A stretch of 64,000 bases of DNA from sequence record OP172792; one strand, 5' to 3'. This document shows positions 25,567-35,561 of this stretch, in pieces. This DNA is from Escherichia phage ECO340P2. The number at the start of each line of letters is the position of its first letter. Position 1 is the stretch's first letter. Under the pieces are notes generated by a model, which searched no databases, was not told the origin of the DNA, and saw nothing but the letters and a program-made list of their open reading frames with translations. A program made the position numbers and the translations under genes.

Positions 25567-27807
25567 TTGATTCGTTTTGTAACTAAATCTAACGGTAAGA
25601 CAGAGGAGTTTAATCCAGAAAAACTTCGCAAGTGGTCTGAATTTGCAGCAGGTAAACTAAACTGGTCTGAAATTGAATTAGAAGCTGTGAAGCGGTGTTA
25701 TGACGGTGTGTCTACACGTGATCTGCATAAAGCAATGATTGCAGCGTGTATTGACAAGAAAACACAAGCTTACAGTGATATGGCAGGAAGACTTCTTCTG
25801 GGTATGATTTACAAACAGGCTCATGGGGGATACCACAGTATCCCTTCACTGAATACCTTTTATCATGATATGGTAGAACGTGGACATTGGGCTAAAATGG
25901 ATTATACTGATGAAGAGATCAAAGAAATCGGTAAGATTGTAAAGCATAATAAAAATCTAACTTATGGTTATTCTGTTTTACGTCAGATGGTAGATAAATA
26001 TCTTATTCGAGATGCAGTAAACGATGTTGTGCATGAGTCTCCACAGTTTCTTTTCATTGGTATCGCAATGAAGGTTATGGAGATCCAACCAAAAGAACGC
26101 CGTATAGAAGATATTAAAAAACTTTATACTTATGTTAGCGATCTTAAGATTAATCTGCCATCGCCGTATCTGACAACTCTACGAACTCCAATCAAAGGAA
26201 GTGCGTCTTGTTGTTTATTCCGTGCAGACGATACGGCAGAGTCTTTAGCCATTGCTAACTACTTAGCTCATGAGTATACGTTGAATAACGCAGGTATTGG
26301 TGTTAATCTTCAAACCCGTGCCACAGGTCAAGGTGTTAAGAATAATCGTATTATTCATGGTGGTCTTCTTCCGTATCTGAAATGGATGGAAGATAGTGTT
26401 GGAGCTTCGAAGCAAGCAAGCCGTGGAGGTAGTGCTACAGTTACCTTTACCATACTTGAACCAGATTTCGACGATCTGATTCGACTGAAGAATCCAACAA
26501 CACCTATAGATAAACGAGTAGACAAACTGGATTATTCTATTGTTGTTAACCGTTCATTCTTGCGTCGAGCAGCAAAAAACGAAGATTGGATGTTAGTTAG
26601 TTGTGATGATGCTCCTGAACTTTATGAAGCTTTGTATAAAAGTGAAGAAGAGTTTGATGCAGTTTATGACAAAGTAAGCCGTCGTCGCATTAAGAAAAAA
26701 TTTGTTAAGGCTCGTGATCTTCTGACAGAGATTATTGTTCAACGTGCAGAAACAGGACGTATTTACATGTTCTTTGCTGACAACGTTAACAACCATACAC
26801 CTTTCCTGGATACGGTGTATCAATCAAACCTGTGTCAAGAGATTTTCTTACCGACTAAAGCTTTCCACAATATGCCGGATCTCTTTACTGGTGAGAATAC
26901 TGAAGATCAAGAATTGGCTTTATGTTTCTTATCTTCTATTGTTGCTGGTCGTGTATTACCTGAAGAATATGAAGATGTTGCATACTACACTGTATTGACA
27001 ATTGACAACGTTATTGAAACAATGGATTATCCATTTAAACATAACGAAATAACTGCTAAAGCACGTAGATCTATTGGTGTAGGCATTACAAACTTAGCGC
27101 ATTACTTGGCAAGTAATTTTGTAAATTATTCAGATGCTTATGCTAAAAAATTAATGCATGAACTTGCAGAACGTCATTACTTTTGGTTGGCAAAAGCCTC
27201 TCTGCGTCTGGCTAAGGAAAAAGGTAATGCGGAGTGGATCGATAAGACCAAATGGCCTCAAGGTTGGCTACCAATTGACACTTATGTTAAAACAGTAGAT
27301 AGTATCGGTAATTTTGATCTTAAAATGGACTGGGAAGGCTTACGTGCTGAAATCATTGAACAAGGTGGTATCCGTAACAGTGTCTTGGCTGCTATTGCAC
27401 CTAATGAGTCCAGCAGTTTGGTAAGCAATACTACTAACTCTCTGTATCCTGTTCGTGATACCATTATGTATAAACAAAGTCAGAAAGGCAGTGTATTATT
27501 TATTGTTCCAGACTATGAAAAACTGAAAATGTTCTACCAATCTGCCTGGGATACTCCGGCTAAAGATCTTGCAGAAATGTATGGTATCTTTACCAAGTTT
27601 ACGGACCAAGGAATTTCTTGTGATTCTTGGTTAGATTATTCTAAATTGGTAGGGGGACGTTTATCAGTTAAAGAAGAGATGAAATTTATTTTGAACTTTG
27701 CTAGACTGGGTGGTAAGTCATTGTATTACCTTAATAGTAGAACAAAATCAGCAGATTCTTTAGCACAAGAAGATTCTGATGGTGGTTGTGAAGCTTGCAA
27801 GATGTGA
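25567..27807 (+). CDS. nrdA: ribonucleotide reductase large subunit (class Ia NrdA), TTG start
   Basis: 746 aa; N-terminal ATP-cone-like region, active-site NLCQEI, C-terminal tail ending CEACKM; RBS GGGAGGAG. Confidence 0.85.
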   Translation: MIRFVTKSNGKTEEFNPEKLRKWSEFAAGKLNWSEIELEAVKRCYDGVSTRDLHKAMIAACIDKKTQAYSDMAGRLLLGMIYKQAHGGYHSIPSLNTFYHDMVERGHWAKMDYTDEEIKEIGKIVKHNKNLTYGYSVLRQMVDKYLIRDAVNDVVHESPQFLFIGIAMKVMEIQPKERRIEDIKKLYTYVSDLKINLPSPYLTTLRTPIKGSASCCLFRADDTAESLAIANYLAHEYTLNNAGIGVNLQTRATGQGVKNNRIIHGGLLPYLKWMEDSVGASKQASRGGSATVTFTILEPDFDDLIRLKNPTTPIDKRVDKLDYSIVVNRSFLRRAAKNEDWMLVSCDDAPELYEALYKSEEEFDAVYDKVSRRRIKKKFVKARDLLTEIIVQRAETGRIYMFFADNVNNHTPFLDTVYQSNLCQEIFLPTKAFHNMPDLFTGENTEDQELALCFLSSIVAGRVLPEEYEDVAYYTVLTIDNVIETMDYPFKHNEITAKARRSIGVGITNLAHYLASNFVNYSDAYAKKLMHELAERHYFWLAKASLRLAKEKGNAEWIDKTKWPQGWLPIDTYVKTVDSIGNFDLKMDWEGLRAEIIEQGGIRNSVLAAIAPNESSSLVSNTTNSLYPVRDTIMYKQSQKGSVLFIVPDYEKLKMFYQSAWDTPAKDLAEMYGIFTKFTDQGISCDSWLDYSKLVGGRLSVKEEMKFILNFARLGGKSLYYLNSRTKSADSLAQEDSDGGCEACKM

Positions 27808-27814
27808 TAAAACT

Positions 27815-27838
27815 AGGGGCTTCGGCCCCTTTTTATTG
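27815..27838 (+). terminator. rho-independent terminator
   Basis: GGGGC-TTCG-GCCCC hairpin followed by TTTTTATT. Confidence 0.6.
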
Positions 27839-27851
27839 AGGAGAATTTTAA

Positions 27852-28937
27852 ATGGCAGCAATTAATTTACACAATGAAGTTTACAAAACAGGAAAATATC
27901 CAGTATTTTTGGGGGAGCAATTAGGGATCTTTGATTCTGTTAACGTAACTTATCCAGAAATGCACAAACTCTACAAACTTCAAAAAGCACAAGATTGGGA
28001 TGAAAACGAAGTTAATCTGGATCAGACACGTAAAGATTTCGTAGCTTGTTCTAAAAACAACTATGATGTTATGATTAAAAACTTATCGTTCCAATGGGAA
28101 AATGATTCTCTTGCAAAATCAATCATCACTTTGTTCTCTCCATTCTTGAGTAACAATGAAGCCTGTGCTATGATGATGAAGCAGAGTGAAATGGAAGTTC
28201 TCCATGCGTTAACGTATTCTGAAATAATCCGTCAATGTACTCCAGATCCAATTGAAGTCATCAATCAGATTATGATTAATGATAAAATTTTCAATCGTAT
28301 GGGTATCATTGCTGATATCATGGGTCAGTTGGAAGAAGCTGGTCATAAGTATGCTCTAGGATTGATTGAAGCTAACGATGAACTTCGCTTGCTGATTCTT
28401 AAAGGGATGGTAGCCCTGATTGGATTAGAAGGTATTCAGTTTATATCTTCCTTCTCTGCTACTTTTGCTATGGCAGAACAACAACTGTTTGTTGGGGCTT
28501 GTAAACTGATCCAGAAAATTATGCTAGATGAAATCTTGCATGTTAAGATGGACTATGCTGTAATTGATGCATTGATGCATGACCCAATTTGGCGTAAAAT
28601 TTACGAAGATAATATTGAAGAGTTGACTTTGATCCTCGACACTGTTGTTGAACAAGAGGAACAGTGGTGTGACTACCTGTTTAGTGAAGGTCGTTTTATT
28701 GTAGGTCTTAACGCCGAATTGTCTAAACAGTGGGTTTATTTCAATGCTGCTCCTATTTATCGTCGATTGAAAATGAAAGCCAAGTTTAAAGCACCTAAAC
28801 ATAGTCCTTTAGCTTGGATGGAAAAATGGTTGAATCCTGATTTGATTCAGTCAGCAGCCCAAGAGATTCAGTTAACTAATTACAAATTGAATTCAGCTAA
28901 CAAAGATCTCTCTGATGATGAGGAGCTTGACTTCTAA
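27852..28937 (+). CDS. nrdB: ribonucleotide reductase small subunit (class Ia NrdB)
   Basis: 361 aa; ferritin-like helices with conserved E/H positions; acidic C-terminal tail DDEELDF; next to nrdA. Confidence 0.85.
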   Translation: MAAINLHNEVYKTGKYPVFLGEQLGIFDSVNVTYPEMHKLYKLQKAQDWDENEVNLDQTRKDFVACSKNNYDVMIKNLSFQWENDSLAKSIITLFSPFLSNNEACAMMMKQSEMEVLHALTYSEIIRQCTPDPIEVINQIMINDKIFNRMGIIADIMGQLEEAGHKYALGLIEANDELRLLILKGMVALIGLEGIQFISSFSATFAMAEQQLFVGACKLIQKIMLDEILHVKMDYAVIDALMHDPIWRKIYEDNIEELTLILDTVVEQEEQWCDYLFSEGRFIVGLNAELSKQWVYFNAAPIYRRLKMKAKFKAPKHSPLAWMEKWLNPDLIQSAAQEIQLTNYKLNSANKDLSDDEELDF

Positions 28938-29146
28938 TGATTTTGAGATGTGTTGGTATAATCGACACATTCAAAGACGTTTTTGACAAAGGGGCTTCTT
29001 ATGAAGCCTCCGAAATGAAGAATGGTTTTTGTGATGTATTCGGTAAACGCCTGAAGAAAAACGGCGATCCTTGGCTAGGAGTTATGTCTTGTGGTCATAT
29101 TATTGTAAATGGTGTTGCCAAGTTTGAAATAATTAAGGAGGAATAA
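28937..29146 (+). CDS. hypothetical protein
   Basis: 69 aa ORF overlapping nrdB stop. Confidence 0.5.
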   Translation: MILRCVGIIDTFKDVFDKGASYEASEMKNGFCDVFGKRLKKNGDPWLGVMSCGHIIVNGVAKFEIIKEE

Positions 29147-29298
29147 TGGCTGAAAAACTTATTTTTTGTCCTGTGTGTGGTGGGACTGGACAGATGGAAG
29201 TGGAAATTATGGTAACATTTCCTTGCCTGAATTGTCATGGTGAAGGACGAGTAGTAGTCTTTGAAAAAGAAGGGTTGGAGGTAGAAGATGGAGAGTGA
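29146..29298 (+). CDS. hypothetical zinc-finger mini-protein (DnaJ-type CxxCxGxG repeats)
   Basis: 50 aa; CPVCGGTG and CLNCHGEG; AAGGAGG RBS; start overlaps previous stop (TAATG). Confidence 0.4.
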   Translation: MAEKLIFCPVCGGTGQMEVEIMVTFPCLNCHGEGRVVVFEKEGLEVEDGE

Positions 29299-29452
29299 AA
29301 AAGAGTATGTCCGAATTCCACGAGAATTAACAGATCACATTGCAGAAGCAATAGCTTTCGAAGCTAGATGTTGTGGAGGCATTGCTTACGATATTTATGA
29401 AGCAATTATTAAAGCTGCTCAAGAAGAGGAGGAGATGAAAAATGGGTATTGA
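29288..29452 (+). CDS. hypothetical small protein
   Basis: 54 aa; GGAGG upstream; bridges two annotated genes with overlapping stops. Confidence 0.35.
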   Translation: MESEKEYVRIPRELTDHIAEAIAFEARCCGGIAYDIYEAIIKAAQEEEEMKNGY

Positions 29453-29768
29453 TATCGAATGGCGTATGTTACAGGGTGCACCTTTTAATAAGTGGGAAGA
29501 GGTTGTAGGAGAAGATCCTAGAATTGAAGAAGAATTTGATGGAGATTTTAACTGGTTCTTACAAGAAGGTCTTGATTTAAGTCGTATCTCTCCTTTCTAC
29601 GATGCTGATGAGTCTTATTGCATATATGGTATTTATTTAGAAGGCGGAGAAGGAAGCGTAGCTGTAGATCTTGAGCAAGTAAATGAGAATGCAAAAGAAG
29701 CCTATGCAGAGCTACTTGAAAAATATAACATTAAAACGGAAACTATTATTTCTCAACACGTCTGGTAA
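29442..29768 (+). CDS. hypothetical acidic protein
   Basis: 108 aa ORF. Confidence 0.55.
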   Translation: MGIDIEWRMLQGAPFNKWEEVVGEDPRIEEEFDGDFNWFLQEGLDLSRISPFYDADESYCIYGIYLEGGEGSVAVDLEQVNENAKEAYAELLEKYNIKTETIISQHVW

Positions 29769-29777
29769 GGAGAGAAA

Positions 29778-30344
29778 ATGAAAGTAGAAAAAACAAAAAT
29801 TGAAGGTGCGGTAATTATCAAACCAGACGTTTATAAAGATGATCGTGGTTTCTTTTTAGAAACATACAATGAACAAAAATACGAAGATATCATTGGTAAA
29901 CAAACTTTCGTTCAAGATAATATGTCTAAATCAAACTTCGGTGTTTTGCGAGGAATGCACTTTCAAACAAATAACCCGCAAGGTAAGCTTGTTCGTTGTG
30001 TAAGTGGAGAAGTATTGGATTTCGCTGTAGATTTACGTAAAGATAGTCCAACTTACGGTGCTTGGGACGGTGTTGTTCTTCGTGCACGACACCATACGCA
30101 GTTTTGGCTTCCCCCTGGTTTGGCACATGGTTTTATAGTTTTGAGTATGGACGCTATCTTTGAATACAAATGCACAACTCCATACGACCCTTCTAGCGAA
30201 CAAAGTTTACGTTGGGATGATCCTGACATAGGGATCGATTGGGGCTTCGATATGATTTTTGACGAAGGTTTTAAACCTATCTTATCAACAAAAGATGCAA
30301 TGGCTAAATCTTTTCAACAGTTGCGTAGTGAGGGTGTATGCTAA
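29778..30344 (+). CDS. rmlC: dTDP-4-dehydrorhamnose 3,5-epimerase (RmlC-like cupin)
   Basis: 188 aa; FxETY...GVLRGMHFQ block and size match RmlC/RfbC. Confidence 0.75.
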   Translation: MKVEKTKIEGAVIIKPDVYKDDRGFFLETYNEQKYEDIIGKQTFVQDNMSKSNFGVLRGMHFQTNNPQGKLVRCVSGEVLDFAVDLRKDSPTYGAWDGVVLRARHHTQFWLPPGLAHGFIVLSMDAIFEYKCTTPYDPSSEQSLRWDDPDIGIDWGFDMIFDEGFKPILSTKDAMAKSFQQLRSEGVC

Positions 30345-31180
30345 CATATCTGGTATTGGGTGGTAATGGACAACTGGGACAAGCTTTACGTAAAGTGGTT
30401 CCTTCAAATGTATCTTTAATTTATCCTAAAGAACGTGTAGATATTACAAATTTTGAAGCTGTGCGAAACGCTATTGTTGAAGATTATGTAGACGGTGTTA
30501 TTAACTGCGCTGCTTATACGGCTGTAGATAAAGCAGAACATGATTTTGCTACTGCTTTGGCTGTTAATGCGTATGGACCTGCAAATATTGCGGCAGTGTG
30601 CAGCAAACTTAAAATTGATTTTGTGCATATTTCTACAGACTATATTTTTAATTATTCTCACCCTATTTTTGAAGATACTACACCTAACCCAATAAACAAT
30701 TATGGGTATACGAAAGAACTTGGTGAAAAAATGGTGCGAGGAGTTAACCCAAATGCATATATTATTCGAACAGCCTCGGTATATAGCGAATTTGGAAATA
30801 ACTTTCTAAAAACGATGTTGTCTCGCTATAACGATGGACAACGTGATTTTATTATTGTTGCTGATCAGTTCTCTTGTCCAACATATGCTCCAGATTTAGC
30901 AGAAGCTATTTTTGAAGTATTAAAAACAGGTTGGTCAAGGTCTGTTAAGACTTACCATTTTGCAGGAAGCCATTTTATTTCTTGGGCGGAGTTTGCGGAA
31001 AAGATCTTGACACAGATGCCAGAACCTGTTAAGATATCGGCGGTATCAGCTTCAACCTATAATGCTCCAGCAGCACGTCCGGTGAAGTCACAACTAGTAA
31101 CCAGTCACTACCTTACAAAATCAGATTTAAATAAAGGTATTGAACAGTCTTTAGCAGTATTACTTAATAAGGAGAGGTAA
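30338..31180 (+). CDS. rmlD: dTDP-4-dehydrorhamnose reductase (RmlD-like short-chain reductase)
   Basis: 280 aa; N-terminal Rossmann LVLGGNGQLGQAL; YxxxK-type context; adjacent to rmlC. Confidence 0.7.
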   Translation: MLTYLVLGGNGQLGQALRKVVPSNVSLIYPKERVDITNFEAVRNAIVEDYVDGVINCAAYTAVDKAEHDFATALAVNAYGPANIAAVCSKLKIDFVHISTDYIFNYSHPIFEDTTPNPINNYGYTKELGEKMVRGVNPNAYIIRTASVYSEFGNNFLKTMLSRYNDGQRDFIIVADQFSCPTYAPDLAEAIFEVLKTGWSRSVKTYHFAGSHFISWAEFAEKILTQMPEPVKISAVSASTYNAPAARPVKSQLVTSHYLTKSDLNKGIEQSLAVLLNKER

Positions 31181-31440
31181 TGGAATTTGTAATTTTTGGT
31201 AAACCTAACTGTCAATTTTGCGAAATGTCAAAACAACTATTAACCATGCGCAATAAACAGTTTGAATATTTAAGTCTTGATCAAGACTATGATTTAGAAT
31301 CAATGACTAAAACAGTTGTTGATCTTACCGGAGTTCCTCCACGCACATTTCCACAAATTCTGTCTGAAGTGAACGGGGAGGTAACATACGTAGGCGGTTT
31401 TACCGAACTGCGTGATCTCATGGCTCAAATTGCGGAGTAA
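31180..31440 (+). CDS. glutaredoxin/NrdH-like redoxin
   Basis: 86 aa; N-terminal FGKPNCQFC (CxxC active site) in thioredoxin-fold context. Confidence 0.7.
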   Translation: MEFVIFGKPNCQFCEMSKQLLTMRNKQFEYLSLDQDYDLESMTKTVVDLTGVPPRTFPQILSEVNGEVTYVGGFTELRDLMAQIAE

Positions 31441-31445
31441 CAATT

Positions 31446-31595
31446 ATGAAAAGTAAACAGAAACGTAAGATCTTTTCTCGTGCTTTGGCAAATGAGCTGA
31501 AGTCCAACATAAAGAAAACGAAACCAAAACGTGAAACTTCTCCAGAACATCTGTTGTTTAACGAGTTGGATCACGGAGTAGGAGACGACGAATAG
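31446..31595 (+). CDS. hypothetical small basic protein (49 aa)
   Basis: ATG 5 nt after previous stop; fills gap before lysozyme; weak RBS. Confidence 0.35.
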   Translation: MKSKQKRKIFSRALANELKSNIKKTKPKRETSPEHLLFNELDHGVGDDE

Positions 31596-31602
31596 GAAGT
31601 AA

Positions 31603-32103
31603 ATGGCTAAAGTAGTAGATGAGTTTGATATGCTACGAGTCGATGAAGGACTGAAGCTTACTGTTTATCAAGACCATCTTGGTTATTGGACAGTCGGCAT
31701 AGGACACCTTCTGACTAAAATAAAAGATAAAGCAAAGGCTATTCAAATCTTAGATAATCTTCTTGGTCGTAAGACTAATGGAGTTATTACAGAAAAAGAA
31801 GCCCGTCAAATCTTTGCTGACGATGTTGCAAAAGTGAAGAGAGACATAAAAAACAGTACTATCTTATCACCAATCTATGATAAGGTTAGTGATACTCGTA
31901 AATTGGGAATAATCAACATGGTTTTCCAGTTGGGGTTAAAAGGTGCTGAAGGGTTTCAAAATAGCTTGACTTTAATCAGCAATGCATATTATACTCAAGC
32001 AGGTAAAAACATGCGTAAAAGCCGATGGTATAGCCAGACGCCAAACCGTGCTGAACGAGTAATTAAAGTTCTGACTTCTGGAACTTTAGATGCTTACAAC
32101 TAA
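31603..32103 (+). CDS. endolysin, T4-type lysozyme (GH24)
   Basis: 166 aa; EGLKLTVYQDHLGYWTVGIGHLL matches the T4 lysozyme catalytic region. Confidence 0.85.
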   Translation: MAKVVDEFDMLRVDEGLKLTVYQDHLGYWTVGIGHLLTKIKDKAKAIQILDNLLGRKTNGVITEKEARQIFADDVAKVKRDIKNSTILSPIYDKVSDTRKLGIINMVFQLGLKGAEGFQNSLTLISNAYYTQAGKNMRKSRWYSQTPNRAERVIKVLTSGTLDAYN

Positions 32104-32140
32104 TAAAGGGGCTTCGGCCCCTTCTAAAAGGAGTGCTACT

Positions 32141-32899
32141 ATGGGAAATAAAACCGCAGCTAAAACACAACGGCAGAAACTGGCTAATTCAGCAAAGATT
32201 GAAAGCCGTTATGCAGCAAAAGCGGTAGGTAATGACGATTACCGTTTAGATGAATTTATGCCTGAAGGGGACCAAAATAAGATTGTTCAAAGCATGATTT
32301 GGAATGATCTGACTGTTGTAAATGCTCCGGCAGGGACTGGTAAAACCTCTGTTGCTTTATGGAAAGCTTTGCAGATGCTTCGTTCAGGAGACTTCCGTAA
32401 ACTACTTTTTATCAAGAACCCTACTGAAGTCGGAGATGATCAGATTGGTTTCTTGTCGGGGGATAAAACAGATAAACTAGCAGCACACTATGAATCTACA
32501 AAACGTATTTTCCAGCAATTCATGACAGCCAACAAATTGGAAAACGATATTGGATCAGGTAAGATCGAATTGAATATTCCTAACTATTTGTTAGGGGCTA
32601 CCCTGGATAATACAATTGTCATTATTGACGAAGCACAACTTATGTCAACAGAAACACTTAAACTTCTTATTGAACGTGCAGGTATTAATACGCATGTTAT
32701 TGTATTAGGCGATGTTCGCCAGACATATGCAATTAAAAAACGTAGCAATGGTCTGCATCAAATTTTGGAACTTTTATATCCAGAAAATGAAGAAGGTGTT
32801 CGTGAGCCAATTGTAGATTTTATTGGATACGTTGAACTGACAACGGACGATAATAAACGTGGACGTTTGTCTAAACTGATTACTGAAGTGTTTATTTAA
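32141..32899 (+). CDS. phoH: PhoH-like ATPase
   Basis: Walker A PAGTGKTS, Walker B IIDEAQ; ATG after AAGGAG (ORF-track start 32090 overlaps lysozyme). Confidence 0.75.
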   Translation: MGNKTAAKTQRQKLANSAKIESRYAAKAVGNDDYRLDEFMPEGDQNKIVQSMIWNDLTVVNAPAGTGKTSVALWKALQMLRSGDFRKLLFIKNPTEVGDDQIGFLSGDKTDKLAAHYESTKRIFQQFMTANKLENDIGSGKIELNIPNYLLGATLDNTIVIIDEAQLMSTETLKLLIERAGINTHVIVLGDVRQTYAIKKRSNGLHQILELLYPENEEGVREPIVDFIGYVELTTDDNKRGRLSKLITEVFI

Positions 32900-32931
32900 T
32901 AACATGGCAGGGAAGCCATTTATAAGGAGGA

Positions 32932-33435
32932 TTGATGGGTGTAGCAACAATAGCTATCGGAAGAAGCGGTATAGATGAGTGCTATCAAACGGGACTCGTA
33001 AAACCTAACGAATTTCGTCAAATTTGTGTAAACCATATTGAAAAAGAGATTGCTCTTACTTTAGAGAATATGACCCTCCGAGATAAACTGGAAATGTTTA
33101 AATGTTGGTGTCTAGGAGAAGATTGGCTTTTAAACCATTTTCAAGAACTTTCTGATAGTAAAGAAAGCTTGTTTGATTGTATAATAGGAATAGCTGGCTC
33201 CGATCCTACCCTTCTGCACATAACAGAAGAAGAGGCGAAGTTACTGTTCTTAAGTAATTTGTTTAATAAGAAAGCACTGCTTGTTCGTGATTGCAGTGAT
33301 CTTCTTAATAACCCGCTCGCAACGTCTGATCAAATTTTTGTTGACAAAGAGACACTACGTGCGATAGAATACATCTGCAAATATGTGAATGGCGGGAAAG
33401 CGGTTCTTAAAACATTAACAGAGGAGGAAGAATAG
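32932..33435 (+). CDS. hypothetical protein
   Basis: 167 aa ORF, RBS AGGAGG. Confidence 0.5.
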   Translation: MMGVATIAIGRSGIDECYQTGLVKPNEFRQICVNHIEKEIALTLENMTLRDKLEMFKCWCLGEDWLLNHFQELSDSKESLFDCIIGIAGSDPTLLHITEEEAKLLFLSNLFNKKALLVRDCSDLLNNPLATSDQIFVDKETLRAIEYICKYVNGGKAVLKTLTEEEE

Positions 33436-34127
33436 TGACGACAATTATTGCAACCAAAAATAAGATTTTGAGTGACGGTAAGGTAACTTTTGGTGGACGT
33501 GTAGATTCTATTAATTTCAAAAAGGTCCGAAAAATTGGAGATTACCTTGTAGGTGGTGCTGGTCGTCTGACCTCCGTGCTTTCTTTCTTTCAATGGTTTG
33601 AACAAAATCTACAGTGCGAAGCAGCACGTGATGCTGTCCCTGGTTTGATGATTCACTCTGATCCAGATAAAGAAGATGAAGAGTTTATTGCACTTGTTGT
33701 TCATCCAGACGGACGTATTTTCCTGCACGAAGGTAACAACCCAACACGTGCATATCCGATTGATGAAGAATATTATGCAGTAGGGAGTGGGTCAGATTTT
33801 GCTTTAGCTGCTCTTGATGCAGGGGCAACACCAGAACAGGCTATGGAAGTAGCTAAAAAGCGAGATGCTTTTTCTGGTGGTGAAACATTTATTGAAGAAC
33901 AAGACGAGATTATTGAATTAACAGATGATGATTTAGAAAACTTCTCCAAAGAAGAATTGATCAATCTTTTGAAATTCGGTAATCCCTACGGTGAAGAAGA
34001 ACCTCGTAACGTGGCAGGTAACGAGGCGGATACTGAAGAAAAATCTGTTGCAGAAAACAACTTGACTTCTAAATCTGAAAATATTAATCTCGTAAATGTG
34101 GCGGATTTCGAAGGAACCGCTATTTAA
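33435..34127 (+). CDS. HslV-like N-terminal nucleophile peptidase (proteasome beta-type fold) with acidic C-terminal tail, GTG start
   Basis: mature N-terminus TTIIA, KVRK, VGGAG and AVGSGSDFALAA align with recalled E. coli HslV blocks. Confidence 0.65.
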   Translation: MTTIIATKNKILSDGKVTFGGRVDSINFKKVRKIGDYLVGGAGRLTSVLSFFQWFEQNLQCEAARDAVPGLMIHSDPDKEDEEFIALVVHPDGRIFLHEGNNPTRAYPIDEEYYAVGSGSDFALAALDAGATPEQAMEVAKKRDAFSGGETFIEEQDEIIELTDDDLENFSKEELINLLKFGNPYGEEEPRNVAGNEADTEEKSVAENNLTSKSENINLVNVADFEGTAI

Positions 34128-34172
34128 CAAACTGCCCCTTCGGGGGCATTTCTTAAACATAGGAGATTAATA

Positions 34173-34607
34173 ATGTTACAAGTTCCTGCTAAGTTTGTTG
34201 AAGGCGCTATCCACTCTTACCGTCAAACATGTAAGAGGGCAAGAAACTGTTTAGATGGTCTGGTGGCAAAAACCTATACTGTTGAAAAGAAGAAACGTTG
34301 GTTTGGCAAAGATGTTTATGAAGTTAATATTTTTGGTGAACATAAACTAAACCATGACACTCCTGAAAACATGTTAGAAATATTTCTAAGAGATGACAAA
34401 ATATCTCCTATGGATTACCAACTTTTAAAATTTTATGATTCTTCTTTGGCTATTGATAAGTTTGTTGAAGATATTCTGTCTAGAAAAACAGATAAAAACA
34501 CTTATCCTCTAGAAGCTGATCAAATAGGATTATTAAACGAGATTTCATCCTTTAAAGAGTTGGATAATATTACAAAAGAGGAGATTTTAGATGGCATTAG
34601 ATTATGA
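34173..34607 (+). CDS. hypothetical protein
   Basis: 144 aa ORF. Confidence 0.5.
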   Translation: MLQVPAKFVEGAIHSYRQTCKRARNCLDGLVAKTYTVEKKKRWFGKDVYEVNIFGEHKLNHDTPENMLEIFLRDDKISPMDYQLLKFYDSSLAIDKFVEDILSRKTDKNTYPLEADQIGLLNEISSFKELDNITKEEILDGIRL

Positions 34608-35100
34608 TCGCCCAACGAGCGATTATTATCCGACACCGCAAAAAGCAATCAATAGTTTGTTTAGTGTTATAGATTTCAAAAATCTAAAGGAAGAAGGTTG
34701 GGTTTTTGCAGAACCTTGCAGAGGTGAAGCTGAAGCGATTTATCGCCATTTTCCTGAAGGTTCAGAATATTGCGAACTTGAAGAAGGCAAAGATTATTTT
34801 AGTCATGAATGGGAAAATCGTCCCGACATTATAATCACAAATCCTCCATTTAAGTTAGCAATGGAGTTCTTGGAAAAGAGCTTAAAAGAGGCGGATGTTT
34901 GTGTTTATCTTCTTCGGTTGGGCTTCTTGGAGTCAAAGAAACGACGAGAGTTCCATCAAAAGAATCCACCAACAAACCTTATAGTCCTTTCAGAACGGCC
35001 TTCGTTTGTTGCAGGTGGAACAGATAAGACAGCATACGCTTGGTATGTATACGACCCAAAGAATCGTTTGGGCCTCTCTCAACCATTTTATTTTGTTTAA
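34591..35100 (+). CDS. DNA N6-adenine methyltransferase (small phage Dam-like)
   Basis: 169 aa; YYPTPQ near N-terminus and catalytic NPPF motif. Confidence 0.65.
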   Translation: MALDYDRPTSDYYPTPQKAINSLFSVIDFKNLKEEGWVFAEPCRGEAEAIYRHFPEGSEYCELEEGKDYFSHEWENRPDIIITNPPFKLAMEFLEKSLKEADVCVYLLRLGFLESKKRREFHQKNPPTNLIVLSERPSFVAGGTDKTAYAWYVYDPKNRLGLSQPFYFV

Positions 35101-35112
35101 GGAGTGTGAACT

Positions 35113-35349
35113 ATGGGTAAACTAATTATGACAGTGGCTATTGATTTTGATGAAGTAGATGAGAGCCTCAACCTTTCACTTTCTACTGACGTAGATGGCG
35201 AAATGGATAATATTGAAGCAGCTACTGCTCTTTTCTTCAAAAAAGCCATTGAAGTTTATGCCGAACATGCTGCAAATCAGGCAGTAGATTACGGTGGTAT
35301 CGTGCGAGCTTTAGTTCACTCTACCGAGGGCAATGACTGGGAAGATTAA
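35113..35349 (+). CDS. hypothetical acidic protein
   Basis: 78 aa ORF. Confidence 0.5.
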   Translation: MGKLIMTVAIDFDEVDESLNLSLSTDVDGEMDNIEAATALFFKKAIEVYAEHAANQAVDYGGIVRALVHSTEGNDWED

Positions 35350-35552
35350 TGGCTTACAATTATTACTGCATTTATGCACATGAAAAGAAAAAAGGTGACA
35401 CTGGGACTAACGTTTATGCGGAGTCCGAATCTCATGCAAAAGAGATTGGTGCTATCCTTTTATCACGCTGGACTGGAAATAATTACAGTGCAGAAGATAT
35501 GTTTGCAGAAGTGGATTCTAGTATACAAGAAGACAACATAACAACTACGTGA
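35349..35552 (+). CDS. hypothetical protein
   Basis: 67 aa ORF overlapping previous stop. Confidence 0.5.
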   Translation: MAYNYYCIYAHEKKKGDTGTNVYAESESHAKEIGAILLSRWTGNNYSAEDMFAEVDSSIQEDNITTT

Positions 35553-35561
35553 TATACTTAT

